Below are positions 11,554 through 24,805 of a stretch of 64,000 bases of DNA, one piece after another. This DNA comes from Amphiscolops sp. MND2022 (taxonomy: Eukaryota): NCBI GenBank assembly GCA_964187785.1, contig OZ076409.1:38628001-38692000 (forward strand). Reading direction: 5' to 3'. The notes beneath the pieces are model-generated. The model searched no databases. It was not told where the DNA came from and saw nothing but the letters and a program-made list of their open reading frames with translations. The number at the start of each line of letters is the position of its first letter. Positions within the stretch are counted from its first letter, which is position 1. The position numbers were made by a program, and so were the translations under genes.

Positions 11554-13331
11554 GTTAGTTAGCTAGCTGTTTCTACTTCACTTGCAAATCAAATGTCTTC
11601 ATGTATTTTTGAAATTACACTACTGTGCTGCAGCCGTGTACTGTCATATTTCAATTCCTTTTCTGATTTCATTCGAAGCGGTTAATTTGATTGTAGTTTT
11701 CCGCCATTTTTCAAACGATAGGCGACAAAATGCATGCTTTTGAACGTAGTCGACAGCCGTCATATATCACGCATGCTGTAAAATATATAATCGATCCACA
11801 AATAACACTTTCCCGTCGATACTTATGCATATGTTTTGCAATGGTCATTTTTGTGGATTTGCGTTCATTTCAATGCTAGTCTTCACATAGTTAAAAGTGT
11901 AAACTGCTTTTCAGCTTTCTAAAAAACTAATCTTTCTCGTTCTTTTTTCATCAATAAAGCTATGCTTTTTGTTCGGTGCTATGAAATTGTATATTGGAAA
12001 ATTCTCATACGAAGAAAGTTCTTGATAATAACTTCGAATTTTTGGAGCCAAATATCAAAACCTATAACTTGTCAATTTCCTTAATGATTGAGACCAGTGA
12101 TTGATTGACCCAAGTTCAAACAACCTACGCAAAAGTGTCTGTTTTTCTTCCAAAGTAAGTAGCTTCACAAGTAACAAAGTGAGTGCTACATTTTTGAGCG
12201 CTAAATGGTAAGTCATTGCAGTAATACCCTCACCATTTGACTCTTTTGCACAGCGCCTTGCTGTTGATATGAGTTCAGTTATGAAATTATCCATACTTCG
12301 CTATCGTTGTCCGAAAAGGTTGGTAGTTTATTTGATTCGCTTGCTTTTTTGTTCCTCAATCAGGTCAAACGTCTTGTTCTCGAAAGCATCATTTTCGCTG
12401 CATTGTTGAAATTTTGAGAATTGTAATACTGTTTATGTATGAATCTGCTCCCCGATAGGGGAGAGATTGTTGCAAATTATTTGTTGCTCGTTTTAAATGC
12501 ACGAGGTAATGAACCACGCATTTTTTTGTATACTTCTCTAATGGCATTTCCTATTAGATTTTTTGTGAAAAACTATTGAAAATAAGCTGAACTGACGTGG
12601 GTAATTCAAACGATTATTTTGTATTACTCGTCTATGGCACAAAGTAGATAAAACCGGTCGTCGTTGACATAACGTGTTCATTTGATCTGGTTTTCCATTA
12701 ATATTATTTTGTGTCCACTAATTGTGTCCACTAATTTGTGTCCAATAATTCTCAAGTTGCGTCCAACAAGACGCCTATTATCAATATTGGCTTATTAACC
12801 AATTACAGTCTATAAGTAAAGTTTTTACTGAATGTTATAAACTTCTCTATACATAACATCTATTTACATCTGAATTTGAAGAAAAAAGTTAGATGGGTCG
12901 AGAGAAGGTAATTGGACTTCGACTCCCTGTGGCCATTTTTGTTGGACGAAAAAATGATGTATGATTTTAGTGGAATGTTCTTACTGAAAACTGGCTCATG
13001 TCAATCAAACTTAATATCTCCTACGTCAAAACTTGAAAATTGCTTCGCGGCCGTCCAGGTCTGTTTCCGTCAAAACTAGTTACTCCATCAGTAATGGCAC
13101 GTTGTTTTTGCTCCTGCGTTCAGATACTATCTGTAGCCAACAAAATTTTGATTTTGCTACTGATACCGGGTAAGGGTCACATTGCGATTTGAAATATGGC
13201 AATGGCTTTTTTGGAAGAAAACCCCAGCTCATTGCACGCAGGTTTGAATTCAGGTTTCTGTACTGAATGTTTTTCATTTATAGCATCAAAAAGTATTGAT
13301 AATGACTTGCCCTTCAATCAGTTTTTCTCCG

Positions 13332-14430
13332 TTTTTAGTCGGCGCTTTTCTAGTGAAAAGTGCCCGACTCTTACAGTGGCTAGTTTTTTTAGTCGGCGCC
13401 TTTTCCTTTAAGGAAAAAAGCCAGACTATTACAGCGGCTTTTTTTTCGTCAGACCACAGAGCTCATCGCTATGTACCACTTTTTACAGAAACTGATAAGT
13501 TCACTCAGGCCAAGTTCGACCAATGCAAACTTACTGCAAAGGGTCCCCCCTTTCGTTTTTTACCTTTTTTACGTAATCTACAAAACCGGAAGACTCCAAA
13601 GGGTCCCCCCTTTCAATTTTTTTTCGGCACTGTGCGAATTTTTTTTTCGAAAATTTTTAATGTCTCAAGAGTCCCCCCTTCGGATTTTTTGATATTTTGC
13701 AACAGAAAGTATGTTAATGATTTCCAAAGGGTCGCCCTTTTTCATTTTTTGGCACTATGCGACGTTTTCGAAGTTTTTTCAAAAAAAAATTCAAAATTTT
13801 TTTCAAAAAAAAATTCAATTTTTTTTGTTTTTCCAGTCGGGAAAAATGATTTTCCAGTCATATCGAGCATGAAAGGCACACTTTGGGTGTCTCGAAAGTG
13901 TTTTCAAAGCTTTTCATGAATACATCCTGGGCATATTTAGAAAACTGCGCTTTTTGAGCCTTAGATATAGCGCCGACTTTAGACGTTCCCGTCTTGTTTC
14001 TTTTTTTGTCAGACTACAATCTCACTCTGATTGGGCCACTTTTCTAACAATCGAAACTACTAAAACTACTACCATAAGGCCAAGTCCGGTCAGCGGAAGT
14101 TAGTGCAAAAGGGTCCCCCCATCATTTTTTACTTTTTTAACGTAACCTACAAAACCGGACGAGAGTAAAGGGTCCCCCCTTTCGATTTTTTTTCGGCATT
14201 GTGCGACTTTTTTCGAAAATTTTTTAATGTCTTAAAAGAGTCCCCCTTTCGAGTTTTTTGATATTTTGCAACCCAATATATGTTAATAAAGCCCAAAGGG
14301 TCCCCCTTTTACATTTTTCGGAACTATGCGACATTTCCTGAAAGAAAAAAATTTCAAGTTTATTTTTTAAAAAGTCTTGCGCTTTTTGAGCCTTAGATAT
14401 AGCGCTGGCTTTAGACGTTCCCGTCTTGTT
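13332..14430 (+). mobile_element. HINE family 1, two tandem diverged units (ends at 13998 and 14430) with a doubled 5' head
   Basis: Heads ttttagtcggcgc at 13332 and near 13385. Two 3' ends read ttagacgttcccgtcttgtt. Confidence 0.78.
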
Positions 14431-15388
14431 TAAACCTAAATAAGTTTCCTCCTTACATTATAACTTTCAACTCCTATATCATGTGAGAGCGAGATCATTT
14501 TTTTCGGAATGCCAGTTGCCACGTCACAAACCTGGCATGGCCATCAAATTTTTTAATAGATTTTTTTGCAATCCAATCAATCGATTTGACTCTGACTCTA
14601 GAAGAGGTCCATTTTGATGTGATGTGAAATTCAAGACGGGCCGCTATTTAGTCGGTGCTATATAATAAATATATAGCCCGACTATTTGGCTTTTTGTATT
14701 TTTAGTCGGCGCTTTAAAAGCTGTAAACTAGCTGTAAACCTGTGCTTTAGTGTCGACGGACTTGGTCGTCAATAGCAATTTTCCCAAGTATTTTTCAGCT
14801 GAAAATGACTCAAAATTTTCGGTGAATTTTCAAAATTCTTAATGGACAAAACTCGTAGTATCGAAGCAATACTATTTCGAGTCCTTCCATTATAACTTTA
14901 TAACAATTTTATGACGTACACTTTCTGACGAAGTGCTATGGTTGACTGTCGATATTTCGCACTTCTGAGATCGGTCTGAAAAGTTGATCAGTTTTTGAGA
15001 AGTATTCCTTTTTAACACTGTCCCTCAAACGCTCGATCACCTCTGATTAATCGAAAGTATACATTTCCAGTAATGCCAATAACAGCACCACTATTCAGTC
15101 AAAAACGGCATTTTCGACAATCGCGAGGATTTTTCGAGTGATCAAGAAAGTTGGATCGGATGAATCATTAAATTAGGCTGGGAATGGTAACTGTCTGTGC
15201 TGAAAACAGACTCCAGTGTTGTGAATTTTGCTCTCAATCATACTGATACAGTCTATAATTTTGCCATGTATCTGACAGGCATTTCCAAAAGTACATAGTA
15301 CCAATTATATGGGACCATTTCGATTTTTTGTTTCGTATGTGATGGAAAAAATCAGCGTAAATATAAAGAGGACCCTTTAGCCTCTTTT

Positions 15389-15911
15389 TATTATTTCTGC
15401 TTTAGCAGGAATATTATTGAAATCCCAAACTGTCTACTTTTTTTCAGAACAATTTTTCGTACGATACTGAATTATTCAGATATTTTGTTCGGCAGTTACC
15501 CGTGAGAATTGAATTCCTCAAGCTGCCGACGACAATTCAATTCTAGTGCGATGGAACGAGCGAGTGGTAATTAACCATTCGTATGCTGACGTCATTGAGA
15601 TGAAGCTAGCGAATGTTCGTAATTGTGCTTTCGTTGCTCCGAGTTATTGTTATTGAGATGAAGCGAATGAGTGTTAATTATTCGTTCACGGAGAGCTTCG
15701 CCTGCATTCAAATGCGAATGCGAAACTTCGTCTACGCTTAGTAGTTATATTTTCTTTAGTCCGAGAAGAATTAAAGGCGGTGTAAACTTGCACAGTGATT
15801 AATTGTGCGTTAAATAATGATTAAACAAGAGTGTTTTGGTATTCCAGATATGATTTTTTTATTAATGAAAAATTAAAGCAGAAATAGTACTGATCCCCGG
15901 AGGGGCCTATT
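15389..15911 (+). mobile_element. HINE-like family 2, copy 2
   Basis: tatttctgcttt ... aaagcagaaata gtactgatccccggaggggcctatt. Confidence 0.72.
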
Positions 15912-16488
15912 AAAAAAAACAAGATCTTAGGCCAGAAGCATATTCGTTTCTTCACATTCGTGTTGTTTTGCCACAGTCGTGATGAGAAACTTTCGAGCCG
16001 TTTCGACTAGGTTTCTGATTTTCAGTATGCAATTGAAGTTAAAGACTCGATTTCTTAAATAATTTATTCAGTAAAAACGCATGAATTTGTTCAATTTATA
16101 CTGACGTTTCTAAGAAATGTTCAGTGTAAATTACCCAATACTAGTTACTGAAATTTAGGTAGCTGGTATCGATACTGATATTTTATACAGGACATTTTAT
16201 GTCCTGTTCTCTATACAGTAATCGAGCTTTGAGTTTCCACTGGCAGCCAAGCGATCTGTTTTTTGAAAAGAAGATATTAAATTCAAATGCTCCACAAAAC
16301 AACAAGCGAAATGGAACGCATGAATATTTAAATGATGATTTCTCCGATGCATTTTTATCCATGGTATGACACTGTCGATATGGTTGAGATGTGCAAGTTT
16401 GCATTCTTTAGTATCAAGTTCCAATGTTGATGTGTTAGAACAATGCTGAAGTCCTCGTCATCTGATTTCTATTTTTCTAGCTATCAAC

Positions 16489-16813
16489 CAGGGTTCTGAC
16501 ACCGCTAATTTTAACTACAGAATAGAAACACTTTTCCAAAATGCAATGTGAGACTGGCCGTGCGGTTGTTTATGGATATAACCAAAAAATTTTTTTCAGC
16601 AAAAAAAAACAATTTTCAAGCAACCTCGGAGAATTCGCACCAAAATCAAATGGTTTCTGTGATTTGACGCATTCTTTTTGTGTATGCTTTTCAGGAAACA
16701 ATGTGTTTGGGGCAATTGTTCTGCGCACTCTTCAAAAATCGTCATTAAAATGGTTACCGCTAATGAAGATCTCCCGCTTCGCTAAACCGCTAATTAGCGG
16801 TGTCATAACCCTG
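16489..16813. mobile_element. hAT-like MITE
   Basis: TIR cagggttctgacaccgctaat / attagcggtgtcataaccctg. 8-bp TSD ctatcaac / ctatcatc. Confidence 0.82.
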
Positions 16814-17372
16814 CTATCATCAAAGTTTCTATGAAAGATTATTTTGCCTAAAATTGTTCAAGACAGGCCGGTTTTCGTGTTTTGCTGTTATTTTAAAGAA
16901 ACGATTGTCCAAAAGAGGCAATAATGGTGAATTATGGCACTTTTCTTGTGCATTTTCCTATAACTTTAGTCTTTTTTTTTGTATTGATCTCCGATTTGTT
17001 AACTCCTTCGTATTACAGTGACAATAACATCACTTAAACCTTAACATTTTTTCACGACCGAGAGAAAGTTTTCCAAAGGCGTATTTAACATCTAATTGCC
17101 GAAAATTCTGGTAGAAAAGCGGATTCTCAAAATTTTCTTGATTTCGGCCGAAGTTTTCCTGAAAAATAATTATGCTAGAAATCATTTTTGTGTCGCCGAT
17201 TTTTGCATTTTGCTTTCATTGTCAACAAATGATGGTCCGAAAGGATCCATGAAAGCAAAACTGTCTAATTAACATTTGTCAAAAGTTTTAGTCCCATTAG
17301 TTTTCCGTTCATTTTTTGGCAATGTTCTCAATCGAAAGAGATACTTTATCGGAAAGAGCAATACACTTTTAA

Positions 17373-17961
17373 CCTTAACTTGGCCATTGTGCCAAATTTG
17401 GCACATTTAGTTTCTGCAAATTCTTAACGCACCAGCTGATTGTATGGTAAAGCAAACCCTTTAATAAGAGTTTCAGACAATATTGCATAGCATTCGGCGC
17501 CTTTTCACGGAAAATTGACGTGATGTCTCCAAAATCCAGAAAATGAGGCGAAAAAATCAAAAGAAAAATAAGTGCAGATTTTCCGTTTTCCCAGTTTTCG
17601 TTTGTGCCCCATTTATCCCACTGGTATCAACATTGGGTCAAAGCGACCCCAGCATGTTTTGAAACTTGCTGAAAACCAAGCAGAGACACGACGCGTGCAA
17701 AGTTTTGGCGCAAAGTTCGGAGCCAGTGCGGCGAAGCCGCACGAAAGCGGAGAACTTCGCGCAAAAAACTTTCCGCGCAAGGGGCCCGCGCTAGCGGGCC
17801 CCAAGACCTGCAGTTAAAAATTGATTTGAAAGCCTCAATGCTCCTCTTTCGAACGCTGTATAAATCGTTTGTCGGACTTGTATAGTTCAGGAGATATTGC
17901 GGTTTAAAGTTGAAGCACCCGATTTTTGGATGGAACAAGATTTTTCCTGGCCAACTTAAGG
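17373..17961. mobile_element. piggyBac-like (TTAA) MITE, copy 1
   Basis: TTAA-ccttaacttggcca ... tggccaacttaagg-TTAA. Paralogous to about 44598-45137. Confidence 0.78.
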
Positions 17962-18202
17962 TTAATATCTGGCTGTTTTTTTTCGAGTTTGGGCCAGGCC
18001 TACGAGTTTTTGCAGCTTTTCCTGATAATCTTTGCCGGAAAATGTATTGTCCTGACATTACACCCTATAATTATGGGCACGGTAAATAATGTCCAAAGAT
18101 CTCCCACTGCCTCTTACCTCTAGTGCCCTGAACGCAGGAGCGAAGCGCAGCGACGTGCCATTGCGGTCTAGCGGCTGGTTTGACGAAGGCCGACCTGGAG
18201 GG

Positions 18203-18651
18203 CAATGTTGATCGTTTAAATGATTTTTAAACGCTGAACAAGCGTTTAAACGCTGATGAAAAATATAAACACTATTTAAACGCTTGCCAAGAAACGCGGG
18301 CAAAAGATTTTCAATTAATCAAATTGAATTTCATAATTTGATCAATTTATAGCAAAGTCAATCGGTTTTTTATGGAATCCATTGACAACCTGCAACGGCT
18401 TCCCTCTGAGAGTACCGCTGCCCGAGAAAAATTTTCCTCACAGAATGCCGGCGACGGTTAAATTCTTAAAATAATTCCTAAAATTCCAAAATATAATTCA
18501 AGTAAATGTTAAGTTCAGAATTTCAAGACAGTTCGGAGAATTAACCAGTGTTTAAACGCTGAGCGTTTAAACGCTAGCCACTTTAAATTTCTTTAAACAC
18601 TCGAAATCGTTTAAACACCGTTTAAACGACGGTTAAAAATAATCAACACTG
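18203..18651. mobile_element. hAT-like MITE with repeated gtttaaac subterminal motifs
   Basis: TIR caatgttgat / atcaacactg. 8-bp TSD ctggaggg / ctgcaggg. Confidence 0.75.
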
Positions 18652-21270
18652 CTGCAGGGGCACAGAGCGCCCCGTAAAGAACGCCGAGTCATACAAATTT
18701 TCAAATTATTGGTCGTAATATATCCGCGTTGGGCGTAATTTTTCAGAACCGGAAAATGCCGAATAGCATGTGTAACATCTTTGGTTCGTGTCACAAAATA
18801 GTTTTTTTTTAAATTTCGTCCTCAATTCTTTCGATTTTGGTCTCCTTCAAAAGCGAAAGAGCTTAGATTAGAATTCATTTAGGTAGAGCAGATTCTGTCT
18901 CATTTCCGGAAAATGCTTGTTCGAAAGTACCGGTAATTGACGCTTTTTGGCTACTTCAAAGAGTGTCTTTCTCCAAATTGCTCCACTTGCTTTCTTTACA
19001 TAAATTTCGATCGATAATTGTATTAGTTTTCAAGCAAGTTCTTTTGAATTCCTCAAAAACTATTTGTGTTCAAATAATGATAGTTTTGAAGAAGGCATTT
19101 TTCTCTGTAAAGAGCCTTCTTTTGGCTGGCAGTCAATTTCTTTAGCAAGCAATCAATTGTCGAGAAAGCTGTTCCCTCGGACGTGTGCAAAAGAATTCTG
19201 CCTGTAGTTTATTCAAGTATAGTTTTCGGAAATTCATGAAGATTATTCTTGCTTACCGTCTTCGCCTAACCGGATGAAGTTGAAACTTTTGCAGATCTGG
19301 TTGAGAAGTATCTGTGCTGGTCTTGTTACAGTCCTCTGAGTCTCTCTCTGCTCAAGCACGATTGATTATGATGATGATGCTTAGTCAAAACCATACATTT
19401 ATCTTTTATGCTGCAATGAGTAAGCCAAGTGCATCTCATTTATTGAGACCCTCGTCGTTCAGTGAGGCTTTCGTTCCAGTTTTTTTCCACTGGATAATTA
19501 AGGTTTGTCAGTATTTTGTTGGAGTCAGTTTTTTACTTCCTGAAATCCCCAGAAACAATTTCTTTGTGAAAATTTTTGGCAAAGCATTTTGGCACATTTT
19601 TCAAAAAAGTTTCAAGTTCTTGAATACGATACTACATGATGCGAACCTAATTTTTTGAAGTTTGTTCAATTATGTGGAAACTTGTGAAAAAAGATTCATT
19701 TTTCTATCCTATATGAAATATATGCGGAAAATCAAACTTGGTATCAATGAGCGAAAATCTCATTATGTATTTTTTGAAGACATGTATGAACACCATATGA
19801 GCTCTTGTTCAGCTTTTGATTTTTTACTTTATCAATTCGGCATTAGTTGGTATTAATCCGACTCGAGTAGGAGTTAATTTGCACGTCATTGAAAAATGAG
19901 CTATCCGCTGTTTCCAATGCATCCACGTCTGTAGATTAAGTCCGATCCGCGTGTGCTAATGTTGATACACACGACGGGACTCCGGGCAGCATCTATTTGA
20001 TTGTTGCACAACATGGTTTATATCCACAACTGTATATAAATTGATAATAAAATAACCTAGATAAAAATAGCCAGACTTCAAACCTTGATTTTCTTAACTT
20101 CAATAGAGTATACTAATGAGCGTTTTCCAAAGAATGTTGTTTTACTACTTATTATCTACGAAGTTGTGTTGTTCTCTTCTTTTTAGATTTTCTCTATAAT
20201 CACATCAGTTTATCTTTTCTCCATGTTATCATTTTAGTCGGTGCATTCTTTAGAAAGTTCAGCTATAGCTGACTTTTTAAAAAGCTACTCACTTTAACTG
20301 ATTTTATAAAGATCGCAGCTTCAAACTTATAAATTTCGGAAAAGACGGCAGGATAGTCAAGTGGTTACAGCGCTCGCTTTCTTCGTAAAAGGTTGTTGGT
20401 TCATTGTGACCTAAGCCAAAAATTTTGTTTTCACGTTGAACTACCAATACATTCTCTTATCTGTTGAATCAGACAAAGTCTGATAAATCGAATAAAGCGT
20501 ACATAGATCCCTTTTAGTGTTTTTCCAGACACTAGACGCCGGTTCGAATCTAGCCGTACCCGAATTTTTTTCATCTTTTCCGAACGGACTATGTGTTTGG
20601 ATACGTTTTGTTCCTAGGTCTCAGTAACCTCGACATATCTGGAAATTATCGAAAAGGCCGTCTTCTTGATTACCTGAGTATGCTAACTTTTTCAAAAAAC
20701 TAGAAGATACAAGTTGCTCAGCCTTGAAGTTTTTTCACAGTCGTTTCTAGTTTCAAAGTTTAAGTTTAAACTCGATATTTTGCTGCTACCACGCGAAAAC
20801 TGAAAGCCATAAGAGTCCTTTTTGTTCATTTTTGCTGTTAGTATAATTTTCTTGGGTTCAGGTTCTAAGCACTTGAAATCCTTGCGGGTACCGACTTCAG
20901 CTATTTCCGGCTAGTTTTAAAATGCATATGGAACTCGTCGTCTTTCTGTTCTATCATCTTGCATTAATTCGAATTGTTTTGCAAAATGAGACTTATCAAT
21001 GCCTTGCACTTACAATATTGATACTAAAAGTGATAGCAACAAAAGCAAGATAGAGAGGCGGAAAGAGCAAATAATCTAATTTCATTGGCTAATTGAGGTC
21101 TCACGCTCTTATTTCCTTTGTCGAGGCCTACACCTAAAACATTTTTAGTGTTTTCGAATTTCTTACACTCCGAAATTTCATCTAAAATTTCCAAAATATT
21201 CGAATTTCTCATTATAATTTTGTAGAAAATATGGTGAATTAGAGAAAGAAGTATGGGTGTATTTGAATTT

Positions 21271-21634
21271 GGGTAGCATATTTGAGGCCCGAAGCTGTTG
21301 TAATTTGAGGCCCGATCATTTCAGTGACTATTAGCGTCAGATAATATTATATCAGCCAATATGTATTTAACTTGATTTATTTGAAGAGGTTAGCATATTT
21401 GTTGTATGGCTCGGTCGCTTCGCTCCCTTCGCCAAGTAACAACATTGAGGCATGGCCATATGGCACGTCGCTCCGCTTCGCTTCGCTCCTGCATTTAGGA
21501 CACTAGGGGTATGTGAATATAGCTGACTACGTTATCGTAATTAGTTCGCCGTTGTGTATCACACGCAATATTTCGGGCCTCAGATAACATTTCATTATCG
21601 GGCCTCAGTTTTTCGGGCCTAAATAAACGTTCCC
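21271..21634. mobile_element. MITE with GGG..CCC ends and an 8-bp TSD (Merlin/Mutator-like)
   Basis: TSD ttgaattt on both sides, with repeated gaggcccga / tcgggcctc subterminal motifs. Confidence 0.75.
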
Positions 21635-22746
21635 TTGAATTTCACAATGGCATCTCGATACGTGTAATTTCAAGAATGTCTGTGTAGAGAGCCTAATTTA
21701 TCTGAAATTTTGATTCCTAAATTATTCTGAAATCTATCTGTGGCTTGAATTGACTCAAAGAGATCGATTGATTTTCATCACTTTTAAAACATTTTTACAT
21801 TATTTAATAGAATAAGGACCGCGCGTACTGAAAGAGGGATTTGGTGTAGAGAGAGAATTTTTGTGCCCTTACTACATGGAGGGCTTGTCAGTGAAAAGAG
21901 TTTGGGTGTCAGTACGCTGCATGCTGCAGAGTCTCCTTACAGTGTCAATTAGGGATCGATGGATTGAAAATACTCTAAAATTTCAAAAAAAAACAAAAAG
22001 TGAGACAGTACTCAATTTTGAAATAAATTTCGCTGAAAATGGCTCTTGTAACTACTGCATTTTTTGAAACCAACATATTTGTAGACAAGATGAAAATATA
22101 AACCTTGCACTTTTCAATTTTTCAAATTTACTGCCATTTTTGAGTTTTTCGATTTTGATATTTGCTTTTTCTGCTTCTTTATTATTTTACGACTGAAGAA
22201 GGATTCAAATGAGATACTTTTTCACTGTTTCTTTGTCAGTGGTTCTTATCGAAAGATAAAAAGCTTTAGATTGAATTCAGTGGCATCGTTTGTTGAGAAT
22301 TCGTTGTGTTTTTTTGGAAGAAGCATAAATCTATTTTAGACCATTTGTCCTTATTTTTGACCATTTTAGACAAACAAATTCCACTAATATCCTGACAAAT
22401 GGAATCTTGTCAAATCCTTGGTTCGTTTCACAAAATAGTATTTGTATTTTCTCATCAGCTTATCACTTGATTTCTTGGGTATCGGTCTCATTCAAAGGTA
22501 ACCTTAGATTGATCGGAGTAGATAAGAACCGATTTTTGAGATTTTGGTTCATTCTTGGAAAATACTCGCTGCAATATAATATTTTTTGACGGTTTCAAAT
22601 GTTGTTTTCCTCCGAATTGTCCCCATGAGTCTTTTCAAATAAGTTTTATTGAAACCCCATGATTTTTAGTGTAGATTGAATCATTTCAAACAGTTTCTGT
22701 TTTTCATTTTTAAGTTATCAGTTGATGTCCTAAGCTTTGCCATTCA

Positions 22747-23237
22747 AACAAGCCAGGAACAGCCCAAGTCGGCGCCATATCTAAGGCCTTAAAAGTAGCA
22801 AAAGGATTTCAAAGTGTCAAGTATTCTCTTCTACATTACCCGAAATTTTTTTGAAGTCTCCGGTAAGTCGCATAGTGCCGAAACTTGTAAAAGGGGGAAA
22901 TCTTTGGGATTTTTTGAACATCCATTCTATTGCAAAATAGAAAAAAAAATGAAGGGGGACACTTTGGAAACATTAAAATTTGCGAAAAAAGTCACACAGC
23001 CGAAATAACATGCACAAAAAAATTTGGTCAAGGGCGAGACTCGAACCCACGTCCTTCTGCTTGGTAGACCTCAAAAAATCCCAAGTAACCTCTATGCCTA
23101 GTGCCAGTAGAAGTAGTAGTTTAGTGTGGCAGTTAGTGGAAGCCTGCTTATAAAGCTTATAAAATATGTCACTTTGTTGGTCTTTAAAAAAGCCAGTGCT
23201 ATAGTCTGCGTTTTCTACGAACAGCGCCGACTAAAAA
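22747..23237 (-). mobile_element. HINE family 1 copy with a tRNA-like segment
   Basis: aacaagccaggaacagcccaagtcggcgccatatc ... gcgccgactaaaaa. Confidence 0.78.
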
Positions 23238-23479
23238 TACACGAAGGGATTGGCATAAGACTCGTAAACCACTTTTTCCCTTACTGGAAACAGCAGTGAA
23301 CCCATCCTGCTCAACCGAAAACCTCTCGAAAAGCGAAAATTTCAGGAAAACTTTAAGAGTCCTCTATGCTCACAAACCTTTTGGTTTCTAGTAAAAATCG
23401 AGTGGGGGCTTCGATGAAAACAGATTTAAAAAGTCGCATAGTACCGAGAAAAACGCTGGTCTTGAAAAAATTCGGATCG

Positions 23480-24153
23480 TTTTTAGTCGGCGCTTTATCA
23501 AGTGAAACGCGACTATTTTAGTGGCTTTTCTCTTTTTTCAATCCACACTAACTGACCAAAATAGTTCTACGAAAGGTCTACAGAATATTATTGCACCAAA
23601 TTACACTATTTGGTCTAGCGAACTGAACCAAAAAGGTTTTTCCTGTTTTCCCGCGTAACATACCATACCCGGCGAGACCAAAGGGTCCCCCCTTCCAATT
23701 TTTTTCGGCACTGCGAGACTTTTTCCGGAAAATTTTTTCCTCCCAAAGGGTCCCCGCTTCAATTTTTTTGCTGTTTTGCGACAGAATGGATGTTGGAAAA
23801 TCCCAAAGGGTCCCCCCTTTCAGTTTTTTCGGCACTGTGAGATTTTTTTCCGAAAATAAAAATTTTCCCCCCTTCAATTTTTTGATGTTTTGCGACAAAA
23901 CCCCTTCAACTGCGACAAAAATGTTGACAATTTCGGAAGTGTCCCCCTTTCAGCGCGCCAGGGGCTCGCGCTAGCGGGCCCCGGCGCGCCACTCGGTCCA
24001 TTTTTTTGAGTATGTAATTTTTTCGAAAATTTTTTTTTGTCGTAAAATTTTCGATTTTCGAGTACTGTAAAAAAGAATACTTGACACTTGGAAGTCTTTT
24101 TGCTGTTTTTGAGCCTTGGATATGGCCCCGATTTGGGCCGGTCCCGGCTTGTT
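23480..24153 (+). mobile_element. HINE family 1, full-length copy
   Basis: Same termini and modules as 5076-5761. Confidence 0.8.
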
Positions 24154-24579
24154 AAAAGTTATTTTTGGATGTATATTGAAAAAATCAAAAAATGAGAGTT
24201 TTGAACAGGCTCATAGTGCCGAAAAATCTGAGAGGGACCGGACCCTTCGGGATTTTTTTAAAATCCATTCTGTTGGAAAATATCAAAAAATGAAGAGGGG
24301 ATTTTTTGGAGACATTATAAAATATCAAAAAAAAGTCTCAGCCGAAAAACATGGGATATCTCAGTGGAAAGGGAACTAGCCACTGAAAACGCCGACTAAT
24401 AATAAAAAAAAATTAGGAAAAACTTTCTGAAAATCTTATTCGAGTCATTTTTTTGGCCAGCAGTCGATACCTTTAGCAGCACGCAACCAATTGTCAAGAA
24501 AACAGTTACCTCGGTTGTGTGCCAAAGCGTTTTGCAAGAAAGCTCGAGAAATGTGAAAACTGGATGCAGTAGTTATTAA

Positions 24580-24805
24580 GGGGGATCATGGTGTAGTGGT
24601 TGGTTAGGGTCTTTTGTCTGTATTTGGGGCGGTATCAGGCTCGAGTCTCTCAACTCCCCAATGTTGGTCTTTGAGCAAGTCCTTCATCCCTTGCGTAGTG
24701 CTATGGCCAGTGACAAAAAGTAATGCATTTGGTGGAGAAAGTAAAAATAAAGAGCAACGGTGAGCAGTCAGGTCTTAGTGACCTTGAGCAAGTTACTTTG
24801 AAATT
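24580..24805 (+). mobile_element. tRNA-derived SINE-like remnant with CORE-like motifs
   Basis: A-box-like tggtgtagtggtt, degenerate B-box ggctcgagtc, then gtctttgagcaagtcctt and gtgaccttgagcaagttactt. Confidence 0.5.
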
